Of a stretch of DNA of 64,000 nt, positions 60,451 to 64,000 are shown piece after piece. The stretch spans positions 11,842,001 to 11,906,000 of the forward strand of contig NC_043018.1 of assembly GCF_006345805.1 (NCBI RefSeq), given 5' to 3'. The first letter of the stretch is position 1. The number at the start of each line of letters is the position of its first letter. Below the pieces are notes generated by a model. It did not search any database and was not told the DNA's origin. It saw only the letters and a program-made list of their open reading frames with translations. Origin of the DNA: Octopus sinensis. Its lineage: Eukaryota. The position numbers and the translations under genes are program-made.

Positions 60451-63400
60451 CCTTTCTGCTATAAGTACAAGGCCTGAAACTTTGTGGGAAGGGTTAAGTC
60501 AATTACATCGACTACAGTACCCAACTAGTACTTAACTTATTGACTCTGAAAGGATGAAAGGCAAAGTTGAACTCAGTGAAGTTTGAACCCAGAATGTAAA
60601 GACAGTCCAAATGCCATTAAGCATTTTGCTTGGTGTGCTAACAATTCTGCCAGTTCACCATCTTGATAACAATGAGAATGAGAATACTAAAGATGAAACT
60701 GACTGCTCTCAAAAATTAAGCAAAAAAGCTGGAAAAATAATCCAGAATCCTTGTCCAGTACTGGATCAATCCCAAAATCTAATCAGTTGGTGCCAGTCAT
60801 GAGGCCAAACATCCCTAAAAGTTTCATCCGAATCCATCCTGTGGTTCTTGAGATGTCTTGTCCACGGACAAACAAACACGACCGAAAACAATACCTCCAC
60901 CTTTGTTAAGGTGGAGCTAATAATCATAATAACAAGAATCCTTTCCACTATAGGCACAAGGCCTGATGAAACTTGGGGGAGAACAATTAGAATAATAATG
61001 GTTTCATATTTTGGCCAGCAATTTCAGAGAAGGGGACAAGTTGATTACACTGACCCCAGTGCTCAACAACTGGTACTTATTTTACAGATCCTGAGAGTAT
61101 GAAAGATAAAGCTGACCTTGGCAGAATTTGAACTCAGAATGTAAAGATGGATGAAATGCTGCCAAGGAACTTACCTGGCATGCTAACAAGTCTGACAACT
61201 TGCCGCCTTAATAATAATAATAATATAATAATAATAATCCTTTCTATGATAGGCACAAGGCCTGAAATTTGGGGGGGAGGGGACAAGTCGATTACATCGA
61301 CTCCAGTACATGACTGGTACTTAATTTATCAATCCTGAAATATGAAAGGCAAAGTCAACCTTGGCAGAATTTGAGCTTAGAATGTAAAGACAGATGAAAG
61401 ACAGATGAAAGACAGATGAAAGACAGATGAAAGACAGATGAAAGACAGATGAAAGACAGATGAAAGACAGATGAAAGACAGATGAAAGACAGATGAAAGA
61501 CAGATGAAAGACAGATGAAAGACAGATGAAAGACAGATGAAAGACAGATGAAAGACAGATGAAAGACAGATGAAAGACAGATGAAAGACAGATGAAAGAC
61601 AGATGAAAGACAGAGACTAAGCACTCTGCCTGGCGTGCTAAGGATTCTGCCAGCTTACCAACTTTTACTGTTTTACTTGTTTGTCATTTGACTGTGGCAA
61701 TGCTGGAGCACCACCTTTAGTCGAAGAAATCAACCCCAGGATTATTCTTTGTAAGCCTGGTACTTATTCTATCAGTCTCTTTTGCCAAACTGCTAAGTTA
61801 CAAGGACGTAAACACACCAGCATCGGTTGTCAAGCGATGTTGGGGTGGGGGAGGGAGACAAACACAGACACACACATATATATATATACATGATGGGCTT
61901 CTTTCAGTTTCCGTCTACCAAATCCACTCACAAAGCTTTGGTCGGTCCGAGGCTATAGCAGAAGACACTTGCACAAGATGCCACGCAGTGGGACTGAACC
62001 CAGAACCATGTGGTTGGTAAGCAAGCTACTTACCACATAGCCACTCCTGTGCCTTAATATTAATAATAATAGTAAATAAGTACCAGGCACTGGCTCTCAT
62101 GACCTCTGTCTTAACTGATTGGAAGTGTTATCATGTATATGTTTTGTCTTGGTATAAAAAGACATCAAACATTCTGCTCAATATCACAGATTTGCTTGTC
62201 CGTTGCTTGACTTTAATCAGTTGACCATGTTCACTTTGATGGTATGTGCTACTCTGAAGGCGGCAAGCTGGCAGAATCGTTAGCACGCCAGGCAAAATGC
62301 TTGGCAGTGTTTCGTCTGCCGATGCGTTCTGAGTTCAAATTCCACCGAGGTTCACTTTGCTTTTCATCTTTTCGGGGTCGATTAAATAAGTACCAGTTAC
62401 GCACTGGGGATGATATAATTGACTTAATCCATTTGTCTGTCCTTGTTTGTCCTCTCTGTGTTTAGCCCCTTGTGAGTAGTAAAGAAATAGGTATGTGCTA
62501 CTCTCTCAATAACAGTAATAAAAATAATAACCCTTTCTACAATAGACATAAGGCCTGAAATTTTGGGAGATGAGGTTAGTTGAGTACATTGATCCCAGTG
62601 CTCAACTGCTATTCCATCAACCACAAAAGGATGAAAAGCAAAGTCGACCTCAGCAATGTTTGAACTCAGAACATAAAGAGCTGAAAGAAATTTTGCTTGG
62701 TGCAGCATCTATCCAGTCAGTTCACTGCCTTAATAGTTATTATAATCCTTTCTACTATAGGTACAAGGCCTGAAAGTTTGGCAGAGGGTGGTCCCATTGA
62801 GCTGAGTTCTCAACTGGTGCTCATTTTATTGACCCCAAAAGGATGAAAGGCAAAGTCGACTTCAGTGGAATTTGAACTCAGAATGTAACAACAAATGAAA
62901 TGCTGCCAAGCATTTTACCTAGTGTACTAAACAACTCTATTTCTCACTGCCTTAAATAAATATTGGTTTCAAATTTTGGCACAAGGCCAGCCATTTTAGG
63001 GAAGTGGTTCAGTTGATTAATTGCTCAACTGGTACTTATTTTAATGACCCAAAAAGGATGAAAGAACAATGTCTATTTTGGTGGCATTTGAACTCAGAAT
63101 GTAAAGTTGGAAAAATGCCATTAACCATTTTTTTTTTATCCTAATGAGTTAATTATTTTGCCAATTTGCCAATAACAAAGACGATAAGAAATATGTACAA
63201 AACTTCAGATTTAGTTGATTACACTGACACTGTCCAACGCCTAACCACCACGCCAATGTGCCTCATAATCTCTAGATCATGGGTTCAATTCCTAGACCAG
63301 GTGGTGCATTGTGTTCATTTCACTTCATTGCTCCTGTCTCCACTCCTTTTGATCAGTGGGCAATGTTGGCCTGTTAACCATGCCAACAGGGGTGGCATCA

Positions 63401-64000
63401 TTCAAATGCTAAAACGATGCAAAGCACATTGTGACTAGCAATGTGTAACAATGTCTGATAGTCAAGTTTGTCACCTGATATTGACACTAGTATTTCACTG
63501 GTATTTTATCAACCCTGAAAGATGGCAAGCAAGTTGACTTTGATAGGACTTGAAATCAAGACATAGGCATAACTAGAATATTTCTAGGTGTTTGATTGTT
63601 TGTCTACTAATTCTACCATAATCAAATACCAAAAGACATCTTGCCTAGTGATGTTCCAATTCTGCCATAACTGAATACTACAAGGTCACAGAATTTGAAA
63701 ACTCTTTTGTTTAAACAAAATTAAAACGTTAAATATTTTTTCTTTCATATCAAAATATCAAAAGCAAAATCCAGAGAACTTTACTAACCTTTTGCTAGTG
63801 TGAAGGCGGTTTCACTTGCAGAGCTGGCAAAAGCCAACATTGTACGATCTACTGCAATGTTATTGGCGATGTAGACAGTTGGTCTAAGCTGTATTTGGTC
63901 ATCACAGACATCAGTGACATTGACAGTTATGGTGTGGGTGTTGTTGAGCTGTGGTTCACCCAAATCGCTGGCAAGGATTTCTATGGTGTACATTGTATTT
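27994..64000 (-). CDS. Cadherin-related single-pass membrane protein (PCDH15/CDH23/CDHR, Cad87A/99C-like), 3' portion; 5' exons beyond window
   Basis: Minus-strand exons 64000+-63789, 50000-49857, 48429-48302, 46871-46668, 43941-43853, 39831-39745, 34924-34856, 34564-34355, 33239-33153 and 28360-27994 join in frame with AG/GT ends. Cadherin motifs ASDLGEP, IDRE, DSNDNSPQF and AEDKDAGEN are present, plus a hydrophobic TM segment and a C-terminal STDI. Confidence 0.88.
28950..29057 (+). mobile_element. Tc1-like transposase fragment
   Basis: FQEDNAPIHTAKVVTEWHEEH..VEHLIWPPQ matches the Tc1 QDNAPxH...WPxQSPD pattern. Confidence 0.75.
29514..29631. repeat. Perfect 56-bp inverted repeat with 6-nt spacer
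   Basis: Arms 29514-29569 and 29576-29631 are exact reverse complements. Confidence 0.95.
32330..32950 (+). mobile_element. Penelope-like retroelement RT C-terminal fragments
   Basis: TNFYR..AGRSLFVHYNSSLP.RVKMSCIRNRIHRMHSKC and YRPYLKPNERLLYIITASCHPP resemble the PLE thumb motif. Confidence 0.5.
33153..33239 (-). CDS. Cadherin juxtamembrane cytoplasmic exon (YKNKFDELQSLLFNQSNINEGYEKSEIG)
   Basis: ctcacag acceptor, gtaagt donor, phase 2-2. Confidence 0.83.
34355..34564 (-). CDS. Cadherin transmembrane exon (KLEENEEE...LIIIIVLIIIILIIPISTVILFVIISKR)
   Basis: About 25 hydrophobic residues followed by KR; phase 2-2. Confidence 0.88.
34856..34924 (-). CDS. Cadherin membrane-adjacent domain exon (TDILFHAVNKDTMKVISKEELE)
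   Basis: attttcag acceptor, gtaagt donor, 69 nt, phase 2-2; not in the ORF track. Confidence 0.83.
35900..37760 (-). mobile_element. Decayed RLE-type (R4/Dong-like) non-LTR retrotransposon
   Basis: FQGDSLS, NHLFYMDDLKLFA, GMDFGINKCAK, CCHC remnant HLVSGCPVL..Y..HHN.V, and the terminal MWHLKARTVPVIVGALG. Confidence 0.85.
37770..38980 (+). mobile_element. Decayed Tc1/mariner-superfamily transposon, maT/DD37D-like
   Basis: WFFADEKNFNQDQKVNRR, KFPATVMVLGVVSNEG, VFQQDSAPSHKA; stops and frameshifts present. Confidence 0.85.
39745..39831 (-). CDS. Cadherin membrane-adjacent domain exon (NLSKLLDLQIVIDHIQVHIDRKNRADVN)
   Basis: catttcag acceptor, AG|gtaaga donor, 87 nt, phase 2-2; not in the ORF track. 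Confidence 0.83.
41004..41345 (+). mobile_element. tRNA-derived SINE (further family)
   Basis: Head gaggacacatggcctagtggttagg..ggtttcaattcc; related heads at about 52435 and, on -, at 1-75. Confidence 0.6.
41982..42081. other. Assembly gap (100 N)
   Basis: Run of 100 N flanked by AT microsatellite. Confidence 1.
42820..43000 (+). mobile_element. RLE-type LINE C-terminal stub
   Basis: MWDTKVKVIPTIIGTL parallels MWHLKARTVPVIVGALG at 36072. Confidence 0.5.
43853..43941 (-). CDS. Cadherin membrane-adjacent domain exon (MAIYSDEFSLILTVNATDDKVQENRQEIIR)
   Basis: Pyrimidine tract plus cacag acceptor, AG|gttcgt donor, phase 0-2. Confidence 0.83.
44552..45073. mobile_element. pogo/Tc-like MITE
   Basis: TIRs ccattaatccttgagtat / atactcaaggatttacgg with flanking TA. 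Confidence 0.75.
46668..46871 (-). CDS. Cadherin exon (AEDKDAGENSVSVYSL...VAVDKAESTKNDTVIVM)
   Basis: AxDxD motif; ttttag acceptor, gtaagt donor, 204 nt, phase 0-0. Confidence 0.92.
48302..48429 (-). CDS. Cadherin exon (VKTLKIVVKVKDSNDNSPQF...GTIQ)
   Basis: DxNDNxP calcium-binding linker; phase 1-0. Confidence 0.92.
49467..49626. repeat. 24-bp minisatellite, about 6.5 copies
   Basis: attaaaggattaaagaaatatgaa repeats. Confidence 0.95.
49857..50000 (-). CDS. Cadherin exon (EYFYIKDEQLMLKKPIDRE...TRVKRSVASNNNNNI)
   Basis: ttttag acceptor, G|gtgaga donor, phase 1-1, DRE motif. Confidence 0.88.
50208..50610 (+). mobile_element. tRNA-derived SINE family B, full-length
   Basis: ggcgtaggagtggctgtgtggtaag head to aaacaagtaaaaga tail. 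Confidence 0.88.
53589..53889. mobile_element. Foldback/MITE-like element with about 140-bp inverted arms
   Basis: The left arm (aaacttataaaccagggcaaaag...gacagaaatttct) is the near reverse complement of the right arm. Confidence 0.85.
54599..55225 (+). mobile_element. Non-autonomous Helitron-like element
   Basis: A^TC start (atcttatacataaatggc); degenerate gcctggcaacg hairpin; CTAG^T end. Confidence 0.55.
55505..59702. repeat. 55-bp tandem satellite, about 76 copies, embedded in a family A SINE
   Basis: Unit tttgttgaagggggct(a/c)gtcagtttcatcaacccc(c/t)gtgcttgactgg(t/c)actcaa; period 55 (55511, 55566, 55621). Confidence 0.98.
59703..63130 (-). mobile_element. Cluster of about 10 degenerate family A SINE copies, mostly co-oriented
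   Basis: Repeated aggcctgaaatt...aaaggatgaaaggcaaagt..gaatttgaactcagaa...ctgccagc blocks separated by (AAT)n. Confidence 0.85.
61386..61614. repeat. 11-bp tandem repeat x20 inside a family A SINE
   Basis: aaagacagatg repeated, flanked by SINE sequence on both sides. Confidence 0.97.
63789..64000 (-). CDS. Cadherin exon, truncated by window (YTIEILASDLGEPQLNNTHTITVNVTDVCD...FTLAK)
   Basis: End of a cadherin repeat (A-x-D-x-G-x-P, VxVxD); G|gttagt donor, phase 1. Confidence 0.9.

Noticed and set aside
27994-64000. Member of the expanded octopus clustered protocadherins
   Set aside because: The ectodomain is split over many small exons and has a MAD12-like domain and PDZ tail; clustered protocadherins typically encode the ectodomain in one or two large exons

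Overview
AT-rich, microsatellite- and SINE-dense animal genomic DNA. The repeat families look like those of octopus, but this is pattern recognition, not a database result. Two spliced genes lie tail-to-tail, and both run off the window. (1) On +, the 3' part of an IQCE-like gene: 9 phase-consistent internal exons from 597 to 12012, encoding coiled coil plus three IQ-like motifs. It has three phase-compatible candidate last exons (12835-12871, 13186-13240, 27445-27634). (2) On -, the 3' part of a multi-exon cadherin of the PCDH15/CDH23/CDHR (Cad87A/99C-like) type: 10 exons from beyond 64000 to 27994. It encodes cadherin repeats, an RVKR furin-type loop, a membrane-adjacent domain, a TM helix and a C-terminal class I PDZ motif (STDI). 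The introns hold tRNA-derived SINEs, RTE, RLE-type, Penelope-like and Tx1-like retroelement relics, Helitrons (including a decayed PIF1 helicase), mariner/maT/Tc1/pogo relics and two long palindromes. They also hold a 4.2 kb 55-bp satellite that visibly grew inside a single SINE copy. There is a 100-N assembly gap at 41982-42081. No CRISPR array, rRNA or true tRNA gene was seen. Exon structures were derived by hand from GT-AG sites and reading phase; repeat boundaries are approximate. I did not find a clearly new multi-gene system; the best leads are listed under findings.
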